DNA of 64,000 bases from Cyanobacteriota bacterium (GTDB lineage Bacteria; Cyanobacteriota; Cyanobacteriia; Thermostichales; Thermostichaceae), in the NCBI GenBank assembly GCA_033764955.1, contig JANRIL010000048.1:32001-96000 (forward strand), in the 5' to 3' direction. The notes under the pieces were generated by a model, which worked only from the letters and a program-made list of their open reading frames with translations, did not search any database and was not told where the DNA came from. Shown here one piece after another: positions 1 to 10,900 of this stretch (position 1 is the first letter of the stretch; every line of letters begins with the position of its first letter). Made by a program: the position numbers and the translations under genes.

Positions 1-2050
1 GTAGAGGCGGACTGACCACAGCCGGCAAGCGTTTGAGAAGGGGACGAATTTTTTCAGCAGGTACTCGTGAGTGAAAAGCAATCGCCTCTACAATATCTTT
101 CTCAAAATAGGAATTGGTGTAATTGAGTAGCTTGACTCGATAGGATTCATCAGGAAATGGTTTGCGACGAGCCAGACGAGACAGGGATCCCAGTGCTCCC
201 AAAATATAAAGGCGATCCCCCTGTCCCAAAATTAAATCTTTGTGTTCACCTGCTATTTTGGGGAAAATAATGCTGGGTTGATCGAGGGGCTGCACCACCA
301 AAATGACCAAATCATACTGATGAGCCAATGAGGATAAAGACTGCCCCAAATAGGGAGAACGGGAGGTAATTTCTAGGAGGGTAACCAAGAGGGTTTGCCC
401 ATCCCAACTGACTGTGCCATAGACAGAACCAACCAAGGCTGCTGTCGCAAAAGCAGGGGCCGCTAAGGTGGCTTGGCTATAGCTAATCCCTAAATCTCGA
501 AAGTGTTGCTGCATCCGCTTAGCCACCTGTGGATCCGAGATACGGATGATCTTGCGTAGCATGGGGTTGAGGCTACGGGAGGTGAGGGCGGTTTCTAGGT
601 TAGATAAATCATTGGGGATGGCACAGATCAAGCAACGGGCGGCTGGCAGATTGGCTTGGGCAAGGGTACTCGGTAGGGCACTATCTCCGATCAGCACTTC
701 TACCCCCTCTTGATGAACCGCTTTGATGAGCGGACTATCAGGATTAGCTTCAATGGCCACCACTTCATAGCTCATCTGGCGCAGCAACTGCACAATCCGG
801 TAACCTAAGCGACCCAGCCCCGCAATCACCACATGATCCGATTGAGGGATCCCCGATTTTTTTAGGCCAAACCGACTGCTGACTAACTTATCGGTGACAA
901 ACCCATACACCAAGCCCACTAAAGCGGTGCCAATCAGGGTGAGCAGGATGGCTAGCAACTTAACCAAAACGGGGGTTTCTGGCTCCTGAAAATCCCCAAT
1001 ATCCCCATAGCCTCCGCTCAACACCGTCAAGGTCAGAAAAATTGCATCGGCAGGGGTTTTGCCAATACTGATAAAATTGAAGGTGCCCAGGGTTAGCATG
1101 ACGGCCAGAGCCAGGGTTAAAAACTGGTTGAGGGGCGAGAGGGTAGGCCGTTTTTGCCAGAGGGTTTGTATCGTTGTAAAGAGCTTGGTTGACCAAGAGC
1201 GTGGGCGAGACTGATCGAAACGGGATCCCTGTCCTGCTGCCCATTGCTGCACCCGCGACGATTGCTTGCGACCATTGCGCTCCAATAGCTGCAAATAGCG
1301 CTCAGCCTTGCAGATCACAACAATTTGATCCCCTTCCGCCAACTGAGCGCGGTAATCAAAATCCTCAAAGACACGGTAGGGGGAAAAGTCCGCCAGTTGA
1401 TCCACAGGATAATGAAACAACACCCGCACATCGAAACTGTCTTCTAATTCTTCCAGGGGCATCCGCAACAGGCGAGAAGTTCCACTAATTTTTAAGTCCA
1501 CAATATTCCAGAGGGTAGAATTTTCCGCTGGGGAAAGAATCGGATCCTCAACACGGGTGGCTTTTTCCTGCATTGGCAGAGCAGGGGGGAGGTCGGAGTT
1601 TCCCTCCGTTTTGAGATCGGGCAGGGCAAAATAGCCAATAAACTCGTCCGAAACCGCCCGCAGGGCAAAAGCCGGTGAGACTAAGGCGGAGGTAGACAAC
1701 GAAAAATGGTTGGGAATGGCTTGATCAAAATAGCGACCCAAGGTGCGGTTGAACAGGCGAGAGACAATGCGCGCCCGTGGGTTGAGTTCACGGATCAGGA
1801 GAGCAGTTTCAAAATTGTCTTGATCGCCATCGTGCAGCAGTAAAACCACCCGCACCTGCTCAATTCCAATCTGCTCTAAGACACTCCGACGGCGAAAGTC
1901 AGCCTGCAAAAACTGACAGCCCTCCGGCAATACCTCCGGTCGTTTCAGATCCACCACCAGAGCCGTCCGCCCAAACTCAATCAGCACCTCGATGGTTTGT
2001 GCCACTAGTTGGTCGTAGCCACAAATGACCAGAGAAGAAGGCTGCACCAT
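1..2050 (-). CDS. Potassium channel family protein with TrkA-N/RCK domains (3' end runs off window)
   Basis: Manually translated from ATG 2050 (MVQPSSLVICGYDQLV...) and open to the window edge; pore-like TLTVLSGGYGD near 1000-1035; second Rossmann HVVIAGLGRLGYRI. Absent from the ORF track because no stop lies in the window. Confidence 0.85.
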   Translation of the reverse strand, partial: MVQPSSLVICGYDQLVAQTIEVLIEFGRTALVVDLKRPEVLPEGCQFLQADFRRRSVLEQIGIEQVRVVLLLHDGDQDNFETALLIRELNPRARIVSRLFNRTLGRYFDQAIPNHFSLSTSALVSPAFALRAVSDEFIGYFALPDLKTEGNSDLPPALPMQEKATRVEDPILSPAENSTLWNIVDLKISGTSRLLRMPLEELEDSFDVRVLFHYPVDQLADFSPYRVFEDFDYRAQLAEGDQIVVICKAERYLQLLERNGRKQSSRVQQWAAGQGSRFDQSRPRSWSTKLFTTIQTLWQKRPTLSPLNQFLTLALAVMLTLGTFNFISIGKTPADAIFLTLTVLSGGYGDIGDFQEPETPVLVKLLAILLTLIGTALVGLVYGFVTDKLVSSRFGLKKSGIPQSDHVVIAGLGRLGYRIVQLLRQMSYEVVAIEANPDSPLIKAVHQEGVEVLIGDSALPSTLAQANLPAARCLICAIPNDLSNLETALTSRSLNPMLRKIIRISDPQVAKRMQQHFRDLGISYSQATLAAPAFATAALVGSVYGTVSWDGQTLLVTLLEITSRSPYLGQSLSSLAHQYDLVILVVQPLDQPSIIFPKIAGEHKDLILGQGDRLYILGALGSLSRLARRKPFPDESYRVKLLNYTNSYFEKDIVEAIAFHSRVPAEKIRPLLKRLPAVVSPPL

Positions 2051-2126
2051 GGCGTCGGATCCCGACAGGGTATTTGTTCCCAGTTGTACCTGAAACCCTC
2101 CGCCACCGCCAACCTATCCTGCTGCC

Positions 2127-3050
2127 TCAAGCCCCCAATAAGTTGACCAGCAACGCCTTCTGGGCATGTAGTCGATTTTCTGCTTGATCCCAAACACGGG
2201 ACTGGGATCCCTCCATCACCGCATCCGTAATTTCTTCATCGCGGTGGGCAGGCAAACAATGCAGCACAATAGCCTCTGGATCCGCCTGGGTGAGGAGCGT
2301 CTCATTGATCTGATAGGGCAAAAAGATCGGCTGCCGTTGTTCGGCCTCCTGCTCCTGTCCCATGCTGGCCCAGACATCGGTATAGAGAATTTGCGCTCCC
2401 GCCACCGCCTGCTGGGGATCCGTGAGAACCTCTACGCTGGATCCCGCCTGGGTTGCCAACCGTTTGGCCTGACTGACCACCTGTGGATCGGGTTGATAGC
2501 CAACGGGAGTAGCCACCCGAATCGACAAACCCGTCATGGCACATCCCAAAAGCAATGAATGCACAACATTGTTGCCATCCCCAAGATAGGCCAAAGTCAA
2601 CCCCTCTAACCGCCCAAAGTTTTCTTGAATGGTTAACAAGTCCGCCAAAATTTGACAGGGATGAAACTGATCGGTAAGCGCGTTGATCACCGGAATATCC
2701 GCAAACTCAGCAAACTTCACCAGCTCGGCTTGGGCAAAGGTGCGGATGGCAATGATATCTAAGTAGCGGGACAAAATGCGAGCCGTATCCGCCAACGGTT
2801 CCCCACGACTGACTTGCATCACACTGGGCATCAGGTCAATCACGCTGCCGCCGCACTGAGTCATGGCCGCCGTAAAACTGACCCGCGTGCGGGTGGAAGC
2901 CTTATGAAACAATAAGCCAAGTAGTCGCCCCTGCAAACGAGCGCTACGCTTCTCCTGCTTGAGCAAAGCGGCGTCCCGCAACAGATGCTCTAACTGCTCA
3001 GGGGTCAAATCGGCTAATGTCAACAAATCACGCCCTTGCAGTGCACCCAT
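2127..3050 (-). CDS. argF: Ornithine carbamoyltransferase
   Basis: STRTRVSF, HPCQILADL and LHCLPAHR motifs. Confidence 0.97.
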   Translation of the reverse strand: MGALQGRDLLTLADLTPEQLEHLLRDAALLKQEKRSARLQGRLLGLLFHKASTRTRVSFTAAMTQCGGSVIDLMPSVMQVSRGEPLADTARILSRYLDIIAIRTFAQAELVKFAEFADIPVINALTDQFHPCQILADLLTIQENFGRLEGLTLAYLGDGNNVVHSLLLGCAMTGLSIRVATPVGYQPDPQVVSQAKRLATQAGSSVEVLTDPQQAVAGAQILYTDVWASMGQEQEAEQRQPIFLPYQINETLLTQADPEAIVLHCLPAHRDEEITDAVMEGSQSRVWDQAENRLHAQKALLVNLLGA

Positions 3051-3089
3051 GCCCGACTCCCCCAGTTTGCCGATCCTGGCGTTTACCCT

Positions 3090-4391
3090 TTAGTTATCCA
3101 CATACAAAGATGTGGACTTGACCACCTCGTTGGCTTGACGGGCGGCAATAGCAGGCTGGAGGGCTTTGATCGCCGCCGCATATTGCGGATCCTCTAGTGT
3201 GGCCACTAGATCGCGGTTCTCACTCAATTTCTCCAGATCCGACTCGGTCAAATCCACCTTGATATCGGGGGTAATCCCCTTTTTGTTGATGTCCGTTCCC
3301 TTGGGAGTATGGTAGCGGGCAATCGTCACCGCCAACCCAGAACCATCTGAGAGAGAGTGAACCGATTGAACCAACCCCTTGCCAAAGGTTTGCGTTCCGA
3401 CAATGATCGCCCGTTGGTTGTCCTGCAAAGCCCCCGACAAGATTTCACTAGCACTGGCGGAGCCGCCATCCACCAAGACCGCCAGCGGTTTGTCGGTCAT
3501 CGCCCCACTATTGGCATTGAGACGATCCTGTTCTCCCTGGCGGTTGACTGTGGAAACAATCCCTCCTTTGTCCATCCACATGCGGGCGATCTCCGCACTG
3601 GAATAGAGCAAGCCGCCCGGATTGGCGCGCAAGTCCAGCACATAGGCGACAGCCCCTTCTTTTTCCAGCTTGCGGATGGATTCCTTCATTTTTTCGGCGG
3701 CATTGGCGGAAAATTGGGTGAGGCGAATATAACCAATGGGCTGGCCAGCCTCGCGGTGCATTTCGTATTTGACGGTGGCTAGCTCGATCCGCTCCCGCTT
3801 CAGGTCAAAATCCATCGAGTCTTTGTCGTCTCGCAAAATAGTCAGGGTGACGGAGGTGCCTGGCTCTCCCCGAATCAGGTTAACCGCCGCGTTAACATCC
3901 ATCCCCTCGGTGGATTTGCCATCAATGGCGGTGATCACATCTTTGGACTTGATGCCTGCTTTATCGGCTGGGGATCCCTCAATGGGGGAAACTACTACCA
4001 GATGCTCAGTTGCTTCGTCCATCCCTAAGGTGATGCCCACACCTGTCAGTTCCCCAGAGGTGTCGATCTGCATACTGGCAAACTGTTCGGGATCCAGGAA
4101 GCGGGTGTAGGGATCGTTCAATGCCTTGAGGGCTTCTCGAATCGCCTCATAAGCGTCCTCCGGTTTGGCATATTCCTTCGAGAGCAGATCGCGGCGGGAC
4201 TTTTCCCAGTCAATGTTATTGAAGCTGCCATCCACATATTCGCGGTTAACAATTTGCCAGACCTCATCCACGACTTCTTTGGGATCACTACGAAAGCCCG
4301 CCCAACCAGGGGTAGAGAGCTGTACCCCCACCAGGGTAACCGCTGTCAAAACCGCCGCTGTCGCACTGACCACAAATCCGCGCTTCTTCAT
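3090..4391 (-). CDS. ctpC: Carboxyl-terminal processing protease (S41, PDZ), CtpC-like
   Basis: DPYTRFL, DLRANPGG, SASASEILSGALQD, TFGKGLVQ; N-terminal signal/TM. Paralog assignment tentative; start ATG 4391 or TTG 4412. Confidence 0.85.
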   Translation of the reverse strand: MKKRGFVVSATAAVLTAVTLVGVQLSTPGWAGFRSDPKEVVDEVWQIVNREYVDGSFNNIDWEKSRRDLLSKEYAKPEDAYEAIREALKALNDPYTRFLDPEQFASMQIDTSGELTGVGITLGMDEATEHLVVVSPIEGSPADKAGIKSKDVITAIDGKSTEGMDVNAAVNLIRGEPGTSVTLTILRDDKDSMDFDLKRERIELATVKYEMHREAGQPIGYIRLTQFSANAAEKMKESIRKLEKEGAVAYVLDLRANPGGLLYSSAEIARMWMDKGGIVSTVNRQGEQDRLNANSGAMTDKPLAVLVDGGSASASEILSGALQDNQRAIIVGTQTFGKGLVQSVHSLSDGSGLAVTIARYHTPKGTDINKKGITPDIKVDLTESDLEKLSENRDLVATLEDPQYAAAIKALQPAIAARQANEVVKSTSLYVDN

Positions 4392-4645
4392 GTTCGTCTC
4401 CTGCAAAGACAAGTCCTAAACGTAGGGACAGATAGGCTTATATCTAATGATGACTGGTGATGACTGGGCAAGTCACTGGCTAGCTTAGGCTAAATCTTAG
4501 CTAAACTAGCTCAACCTAGCACAGGGCTTTCGGCTTAAGATGATGCAGCCATGACAAAATGCGCGGTTTTGGGTGGTTGTTCCACCGAAATTTATAATTT
4601 CTTTGTTTTGGCTGGGCTAGCCCCCCTTCCACCCGTTTCCTCCTT

Positions 4646-6112
4646 ATGTTTCGTGATGCCATGCTTCCTTCCCCACTTTCCCTAGACTCCAGCCAGGATT
4701 CCCTGAAAATGGGGATCCCTGCCCACCCCACCCCCGATCAACGGACAACGGATTTGGAAGAACGGGCGCGCTCAGCCCGTCAAGCCGCTCAGGTTTTGGC
4801 TCTGCTGCCTTGTCAGGAGCGCAATCGGGCGCTTCAGAATATGGCTCAAGCCTTGGGATCCCATATCTCAGAGATTTTGGCAGCCAATCAGCAGGATCTC
4901 AGTCAAGCTGCCGACATGGTGAAACAGCAGCAACTCTCCCCCGCTGCCTTTGCCCGCCTCAAACTGGATGCAGATAAGCTGGCTGGCATGATCGCCGGGA
5001 TAGAGACTGTTGCCCAGTTGGCGGATCCCGTCGGACAAGTGCATTTTGTCCGCGAATTGGATGAGGGGCTGATCCTGGAACGACGCACCTATCCGTTGGG
5101 GGTGTTGGGGGTGGTTTTTGAGTCCCGTCCCGATGCGGTCACTCAAATTGTTTCATTGGCGATCAAGACCGGAAACAGTGTTTTGCTAAAGGGAGGGCAG
5201 GAGGCTCTCCACACCTGCCAGATCCTGACTCAGATCCTCCAAGCGGCGTTGAGAGAACAGGTGGGTTTTCCAGAGGGGGCTGTGCAACTGTTGACCAGTC
5301 GGGCTGAGATTCAAGCCTTACTCTCTCTGGATCGCTGGGTCGATTTGATCGTGCCACGGGGATCCAATGCCTTTGTTCGCTACATTCAAAGCCACACGCG
5401 CATTCCCGTATTGGGTCACGCCGATGGCATCTGCCACCTCTATGTCGATCAAGCAGCCAATCGAGACCAAGCGGTTCGTCTGACCCTCGATAGCAAGATT
5501 CAATATCCGGCGGCCTGTAACGCGCTGGAAACGCTGCTGGTTCATCGGGGGATTGCCGCCGATTTTCTGCCGATGGTGGGCAAAGCCCTGACGGCGGCGG
5601 GGGTGGAGATGCGGGGATGTCCGATCAGTCAACAGTTTTGGCCGATGCAGGCCGCCAGCGAGGTGGATTGGCAAACGGAATATGGCGAAAAGATCTTAGC
5701 AATTCGGGTGGTGGATAGTCTGGCGGAGGCGCTTGACCACATCCAAACCTATGGATCCCGTCATACGGAGGCGATTGTTACCGAGGATCCCGTGGTGGCT
5801 CAGACCTTTTTGGATCGCGTGGATGCGGCAGGGGTGTTTCACAACGCCTCCACCCGCTTTGCCGATGGCTTCCGCTATGGATTTGGGGCAGAAGTGGGCA
5901 TCAGCACGCAAAAAATGCCTCCTCGCGGGCCTGTTGGATTAGAAGGACTGGTCACTTACAAATATCTTTTGCGAGGGCAGGGGCAACAGGTGGCGGACTA
6001 TAGTGGCAATGGAGGCCGCGCCTTTACCCATCGTGACTTGCCCATCTCACCTGACCGGACACTCTCCCGCTCCGACTTCAATCCGGTGGCAACCATCATT
6101 GATAGTGAATAA
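4646..6112 (+). CDS. proA: Glutamate-5-semialdehyde dehydrogenase
   Basis: [46 protein letters not shown]; exact start uncertain. Confidence 0.96.
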   Translation: MFRDAMLPSPLSLDSSQDSLKMGIPAHPTPDQRTTDLEERARSARQAAQVLALLPCQERNRALQNMAQALGSHISEILAANQQDLSQAADMVKQQQLSPAAFARLKLDADKLAGMIAGIETVAQLADPVGQVHFVRELDEGLILERRTYPLGVLGVVFESRPDAVTQIVSLAIKTGNSVLLKGGQEALHTCQILTQILQAALREQVGFPEGAVQLLTSRAEIQALLSLDRWVDLIVPRGSNAFVRYIQSHTRIPVLGHADGICHLYVDQAANRDQAVRLTLDSKIQYPAACNALETLLVHRGIAADFLPMVGKALTAAGVEMRGCPISQQFWPMQAASEVDWQTEYGEKILAIRVVDSLAEALDHIQTYGSRHTEAIVTEDPVVAQTFLDRVDAAGVFHNASTRFADGFRYGFGAEVGISTQKMPPRGPVGLEGLVTYKYLLRGQGQQVADYSGNGGRAFTHRDLPISPDRTLSRSDFNPVATIIDSE

Positions 6113-6599
6113 AAATTGTGCGAGAAAAATAACTTGTGCATAGACCAGAAAACACGCTAAGCTAGCAAAGCACTTCTGAGAAAAGATTTTTCGTAATGGT
6201 GATCAACCTGCCATGCGATACAAAATCCTCAATTCTTTAGTGGAGAGGCAATTGGATGCCATACCTAATCAACGTTTTAACTCAGCCATTGCATCGGATT
6301 GACTGCTGTTAGGGGGTTGCTCCAGGCAGATTGTTGTTTGGGTTGGATCCTCTCCATTTCCTAAGCCCTACGGGTGAAAAAAGTATCTTAACAAAAGCAT
6401 CCATGATTTTCAGATTTGTCAATGTTTTTTCCCGTTTGCGGAAAATGATCTTAAAGATTATTTTATGATTATGGAAAAGTCATCCTCAATATTTCTGTCC
6501 TAGTTTGCCGGCCAATGACCATGACCATCGCAAAATCTTGTGAATTTTCTCACTGTCGTTAGTCGCTTTACCATCCTGTTCTTTCTGTAGGGAGCCTTA

Positions 6600-7106
6600 G
6601 TGTCTATGTCCGTGCGTCTCTATATTGGAAATTTGCCTGAAGACGTGGAGCGTCAGTCCCTAGAGGATCTATTCACGGCAGCAGGAGAGGTAGTTTCGAC
6701 CAAAGTGATTCGGGATCGCAAAACAGGAAAATGCCGAGGTTTTGGGTTTTTAACCGTGGCCACCGATGAGCTGGCTGAGCAATACATTGCCAAATTTAAT
6801 GGCTATCAGTTTGGTGAGAACACGCTGAAAATAGAAGTGGCTCAACCCCGCGAAAAAGGGGAAGGCGGCGAGGAAGGAGCCGATTCCCCCAGCCCTACCC
6901 CCCGCTTGCGGGAGAAAGAGGCTAGCGAGGGCAGCGAAGACGCTTCCTCTAAGGTCGCCGCAGGGGGCAAGAAAAAGAATCGGGGGGGGCGTTCCCAGTC
7001 CAGTGCTGGTGTGGCAGTGGCGGCGACAACCGTGCAGCCGGATCCCCGCTGGGCTAGCCAATTGCAACGGATCAAAGAACAACTGCAAGCGGCTGGGCAA
7101 AGCTAA
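6600..7106 (+). CDS. RRM RNA-binding protein (long cyanobacterial Rbp3-like type)
   Basis: RNP2 LYIGNL, RNP1 RGFGFLT, C-terminal QPDPRWA; GGAG RBS upstream. Confidence 0.92.
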   Translation: MSMSVRLYIGNLPEDVERQSLEDLFTAAGEVVSTKVIRDRKTGKCRGFGFLTVATDELAEQYIAKFNGYQFGENTLKIEVAQPREKGEGGEEGADSPSPTPRLREKEASEGSEDASSKVAAGGKKKNRGGRSQSSAGVAVAATTVQPDPRWASQLQRIKEQLQAAGQS

Positions 7107-7195
7107 TCCCCTACCGATGGGGGATCCCAGCCAACAAGATTTCTTGGCTAGGGTCTGTTAAGCTGCTTACAACGTTCCAAACAACTGAGTCTCCT

Positions 7196-7990
7196 ATGAA
7201 CCTATTCACGAGCCTATTGGCCTCGCGCTGGCTACGAGCGGCTCTCACCTGGGTTGTGCTGGTGGGAATGATGGCTGGCTTATCCAGTTGCCGCCTCAGC
7301 CAGCAGACTGCTCCTGCTGACGGTGACCTAGAAGCACAGGTATTGCAGATCATTCGGGATAATCCTGAGGTGTTGATCGAGTCGGTGCAGACCTATCAGG
7401 AGGAGAAGCAGGAACGCCTCAAACAAGCCAGCCAAGATCTGACGACACAAATGCAGTCCAACCCCCAAGCGGTGATCGGCAGCTCTCCCGTGACGGGATC
7501 CCCGGATAAAAAGCTCGTGCTGATCGAGTTCTCCGATTTCCAGTGCCCCTACTGTGCCAGAGCCTATCAGACAGTTAAAGAGTTCATGAAAAAGCATGGG
7601 CAGGAAGTCACCCTTGTCTATAAGCATTTACCCCTAACCAATATCCATCCCCAGGCGATGTCTGCCGCTCAAGCCGCCTGGGCGGCCAACCAGCAGGGTC
7701 AGTTTTGGCCGTTTCACGATGCCCTGTTTGAGAACCAAAGCCGTCTGAGTGAGGAGTATTATCAAGAACTGGCGGGTCAGCTCGGTTTAGATCTCAACCG
7801 TTTCAATAAAGATCGCCAGAGCAAGCAGGCTCAAGCGGCTATTGAACAGGATATGCAGATGGCCGAAAATTTGGGCATTGGCGGAACCCCGTACTTCATC
7901 TTGAATGGACTTGCTTTCTCTGGAGCCCAGCCACTGCAAAACTTTGAGCAGGCTCTCGACAAAGCTAAGCAGGGATCCCCTACTCCCTAG
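7196..7990 (+). CDS. DsbA-family thioredoxin-like protein
   Basis: EFSDFQCPYC and GTP motifs; signal/lipoprotein-like N-terminus. Confidence 0.92.
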   Translation: MNLFTSLLASRWLRAALTWVVLVGMMAGLSSCRLSQQTAPADGDLEAQVLQIIRDNPEVLIESVQTYQEEKQERLKQASQDLTTQMQSNPQAVIGSSPVTGSPDKKLVLIEFSDFQCPYCARAYQTVKEFMKKHGQEVTLVYKHLPLTNIHPQAMSAAQAAWAANQQGQFWPFHDALFENQSRLSEEYYQELAGQLGLDLNRFNKDRQSKQAQAAIEQDMQMAENLGIGGTPYFILNGLAFSGAQPLQNFEQALDKAKQGSPTP

Positions 7991-8094
7991 GGCTAGGGAG
8001 GCTAAGAAACTTCAGCTATGAACTGAGCAGTCAGATAGGGGAGGTTTTCCCCTTCTGGCTGCTTTTTGGCAGTTGTCAAGGGAGAGGCTCAGAG

Positions 8095-8709
8095 GTGTAT
8101 ACCTGCTTACAGTGCTACGATAGCTTTCTTTTTCCGCCGGATCCCTGCCCCACCTGCGCGGCTCAGCAGCAGCGGCGACGCCGTAGTCAACGGGCAAAAG
8201 AACGACGTACCCGGTACGATCCGGATGGGCAGATCGCTACCCCTGAATTTTGGCAACTGCTCAAGTGGTATCCTGGCTGCCCCTGTTGTGGCCGTCCATG
8301 GCGGGAGATTCCAGAGGCAATTAGCCAAGACCACATCATTCCCATCAGCCGTGGGGGCAGTAATACCGTTGCGAACCTACAACCCCTCTGTCAGCCCTGC
8401 AATCTCTGGAAGTCGGATCGCGTGATCATGTTTGATGCGGCTTGTCCCGGTTATGCGGTGGCTTTACCTGAGCGCCTTCATCCGTTGTTTTGTCAACGGC
8501 TAACCCAACCCCTTGTGTTGTCTGAGCCTTCTGCTGAATCTGTTCAGCAACTGAGCTTTTTGCCTGCCCAGGATCCCTGTCAACTGGCCTATCCTTGGGC
8601 AACGGCTCCGCAACTGGAGGCGGAAACGATTCGACTAACTCAGGCACTTTTAGAAAGCCACCGCCAAGCGGTGGTGGAGAGTTATGGGGAAGCAGGATCC
8701 ACAATCTGA
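8095..8709 (+). CDS. HNH endonuclease domain protein
   Basis: CPCCG...DHIIPISRGGSNTVANLQPLCQPCNLWK; extra N-terminal CxxC..CxxC. Confidence 0.85.
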   Translation: MYTCLQCYDSFLFPPDPCPTCAAQQQRRRRSQRAKERRTRYDPDGQIATPEFWQLLKWYPGCPCCGRPWREIPEAISQDHIIPISRGGSNTVANLQPLCQPCNLWKSDRVIMFDAACPGYAVALPERLHPLFCQRLTQPLVLSEPSAESVQQLSFLPAQDPCQLAYPWATAPQLEAETIRLTQALLESHRQAVVESYGEAGSTI

Positions 8710-9893
8710 CCCGCTAATCCTGCGGCCATCAGGGTTTTGAGGGCTTGTTCCGCATTTTGTCGCAGGCGGTAGGTGCCCACCTGAATAACGGAACGATTTT
8801 GGTAGGGACGAATGAAGGCGTCAGGAGCGAGGACTTGCACTTGAGCCAGTTGGGAGATATCCGTCACGATCACCCACCATGCTCCTTCTGCAGAAGGGGG
8901 AGAAGTTGCCGGCGGAGATGGCGCTGTCGCCATAGTGGAAGGGGTAGGAGAGGATCCCTCCAGATCCGCCAAGATGGGTTGGGAGCGCCGCAGATCGGCT
9001 GGAAAAACCCCTGCTTCATAGCCCAATTGGGCGAGGGTTTGCAGTTGGGCTTGTGCCTCCGATTCACTGGCAAAGCCACCCGTTTTGACAACTTGTAAAT
9101 CATCGTAGAGGAGGGGAACCGCTTGCGGCAGTTGGGCTTGCAGAAGATCCAATTGCTCTCCGGTGGGATCCGCCACCAAAACCCAAAATTCTTCTCCAGT
9201 TTGCGGGGGGGAAGCTTGCGGGGAGACGGGAGAGGAACTAGCTGGGGGGGAAGCTGTCGCCACCGCCATTGCCGGGATCCCCTGAGCGGCTAACCAACTC
9301 ACTTGGTCTTGGGCTTGGGCAAGCTGAGAAAAACTGCCCGTTTGCAGAGCTGCCTCTCCTTGATAGGTGGTGGGCTGAGCCTGGGGGAAAAATCGCTTGA
9401 CCTGATTGGTGAGTTCTTCCCCTTGGCTGGTCGGCACAGCCACAATCACTCGATAGCGGCGCTCCGGCAGAGTCCCTGGCAAAGGTGTAGCCAGAGAAGT
9501 AGCCAAAGGAGAGGGAGGAACGGCAGGAGTGAGGGGGGGATCCCCCGGCGTAACCGCTACCACCCGGACAGACACGCCCAAAGCCGCTAATGCTTGCCGC
9601 CGTTTCTCCGCATGAATGCGGTTCAAAAAGGTTCCTGCCAAAATCACGGTTTGATCCGGGGTGATCACCAGATAGGCATCCGGTACTTGGGTTTGAATTT
9701 GGCTCAAAACGGTTGGATCTTCCGATAAAACCTGGACTTGGTAGCTTTCTATTGCCCAGGCTGGTTGTGTCTGGCTCAGCAGCATCAGCAAGCCGACCCC
9801 AGCTAGCCATGCCCGCACCCCCCTCGTGTGAAGCTGTTTGCCCCGCCCCCCCATAGGCCACCCCTCCTCAGACATGCCACGCCCTCCCTTCAA
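8682..9893 (-). CDS. Exported protein with repeated SPOR-like domains and Pro-rich linkers
   Basis: Signal peptide ending PAWA; four repeats of a (Q/K/L)xGxF/Y...A..helix unit (AGTFLNRIHAE, TGSFSQLAQAQ, TGGFASESEAQ, VGTYRLRQNAE); start uncertain. Confidence 0.65.
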   Translation of the reverse strand: MKGGRGMSEEGWPMGGRGKQLHTRGVRAWLAGVGLLMLLSQTQPAWAIESYQVQVLSEDPTVLSQIQTQVPDAYLVITPDQTVILAGTFLNRIHAEKRRQALAALGVSVRVVAVTPGDPPLTPAVPPSPLATSLATPLPGTLPERRYRVIVAVPTSQGEELTNQVKRFFPQAQPTTYQGEAALQTGSFSQLAQAQDQVSWLAAQGIPAMAVATASPPASSSPVSPQASPPQTGEEFWVLVADPTGEQLDLLQAQLPQAVPLLYDDLQVVKTGGFASESEAQAQLQTLAQLGYEAGVFPADLRRSQPILADLEGSSPTPSTMATAPSPPATSPPSAEGAWWVIVTDISQLAQVQVLAPDAFIRPYQNRSVIQVGTYRLRQNAEQALKTLMAAGLAGQIVDPASP

Positions 9894-9932
9894 TTAAAGC
9901 GGAATCTCTCGCCTGCTATGCCCGTCTGCCCA

Positions 9933-9952
9933 GTTGTAGCGACCAATACAAC
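9933..9952. promoter_or_regulatory. Putative NtcA/CRP-family binding site
   Basis: GTTGTA-GCGACCAA-TACAAC = GTA-N8-TAC with extended palindromic flanks, between divergent genes. Confidence 0.35.
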
Positions 9953-10003
9953 CTCAAGAAAAAACTTGCGGGACTCTGAGAGTCAACAGCAACCTTTTTG
10001 CTT

Positions 10004-10690
10004 ATGCGAATTTTGCTTATCGAGGATGACCAAGCCCTAGCGGGATCCCTGGCGGATGCCCTTGAGGACGAGTGTTATCAAGTGGATGTTGCCAAAGATG
10101 GAGAGGATGGCTGGGAACGCTTACGCGCCTGGCCCTATGAGTTATTGCTTTTGGATATTCACCTACCTCGCTTAGACGGGATCCGCCTCTGCCAACGACT
10201 GCGCGGACGGGGATTTCAGTTGCCCGTTTTGATGTTAACCGCCCGTGACACAAGCACCGACAAAATCACAGGTTTGGATGCCGGAGCAGACGACTATGTG
10301 GTAAAACCCTTTGATTTGCAAGAGTTATTGGCGCGAATTCGGGCTTTGTTACGGAGAGGAAGTTTGCCTCCTTCCCGTTTCTTGATCTGGGGGGATCTCA
10401 AGCTTAACCCCAGTACATGCGAGGCGAGTTATGCCGATGCTCCTCTGCGACTTACCCCCAAAGAATTAGCTCTGTTGGAGTTGTTTTTGACCCACGGACG
10501 ACGGGTGTTGAGTCGGCATTTCATGATTGAGCGCATTTGGACAACCGAAGAATCTCCCGAAGAAGAAACCGTCAAAGCTCATATCAAAACCCTCCGGCAA
10601 AAATTACGCCTAGCCGGATCCCCAGAGGATTTGATCGAAACAGTGCATGGCATGGGTTATCGCCTCAAACAATTACAGATGGCGAGCTAA
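10004..10690 (+). CDS. OmpR-family response regulator (no adjacent kinase)
   Basis: MRILLIEDD, LLLDIHLP, LTARD, GADDYVVKPF, IETVHGMGYRL. Confidence 0.95.
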   Translation: MRILLIEDDQALAGSLADALEDECYQVDVAKDGEDGWERLRAWPYELLLLDIHLPRLDGIRLCQRLRGRGFQLPVLMLTARDTSTDKITGLDAGADDYVVKPFDLQELLARIRALLRRGSLPPSRFLIWGDLKLNPSTCEASYADAPLRLTPKELALLELFLTHGRRVLSRHFMIERIWTTEESPEEETVKAHIKTLRQKLRLAGSPEDLIETVHGMGYRLKQLQMAS

Positions 10691-10900
10691 GTCGGGTGGT
10701 TATAGACAAGTCGTGACTGAAGTATTTTATTCTTTCCTCTCTAGTGCTTTAGAAGATGCCCTGGATAAGGTCTTGGCTGAGGGGTTGCACTACTACCACT
10801 GGATCCCAGTTGTTTGCTGTTCAGGCGGGAGAGGGCTGTACAATCAGCGACTAGACTGGTTGGATGTTCCTACCCTCTGTGAAGAGCGTGCCTACTTGCA

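Noticed and set aside
4449..4511. TGATGACTGG duplication and imperfect GCTAG/TTAGC palindrome between ctpC and proA
   Set aside because: Short and single-copy; may be regulatory but cannot be assigned.
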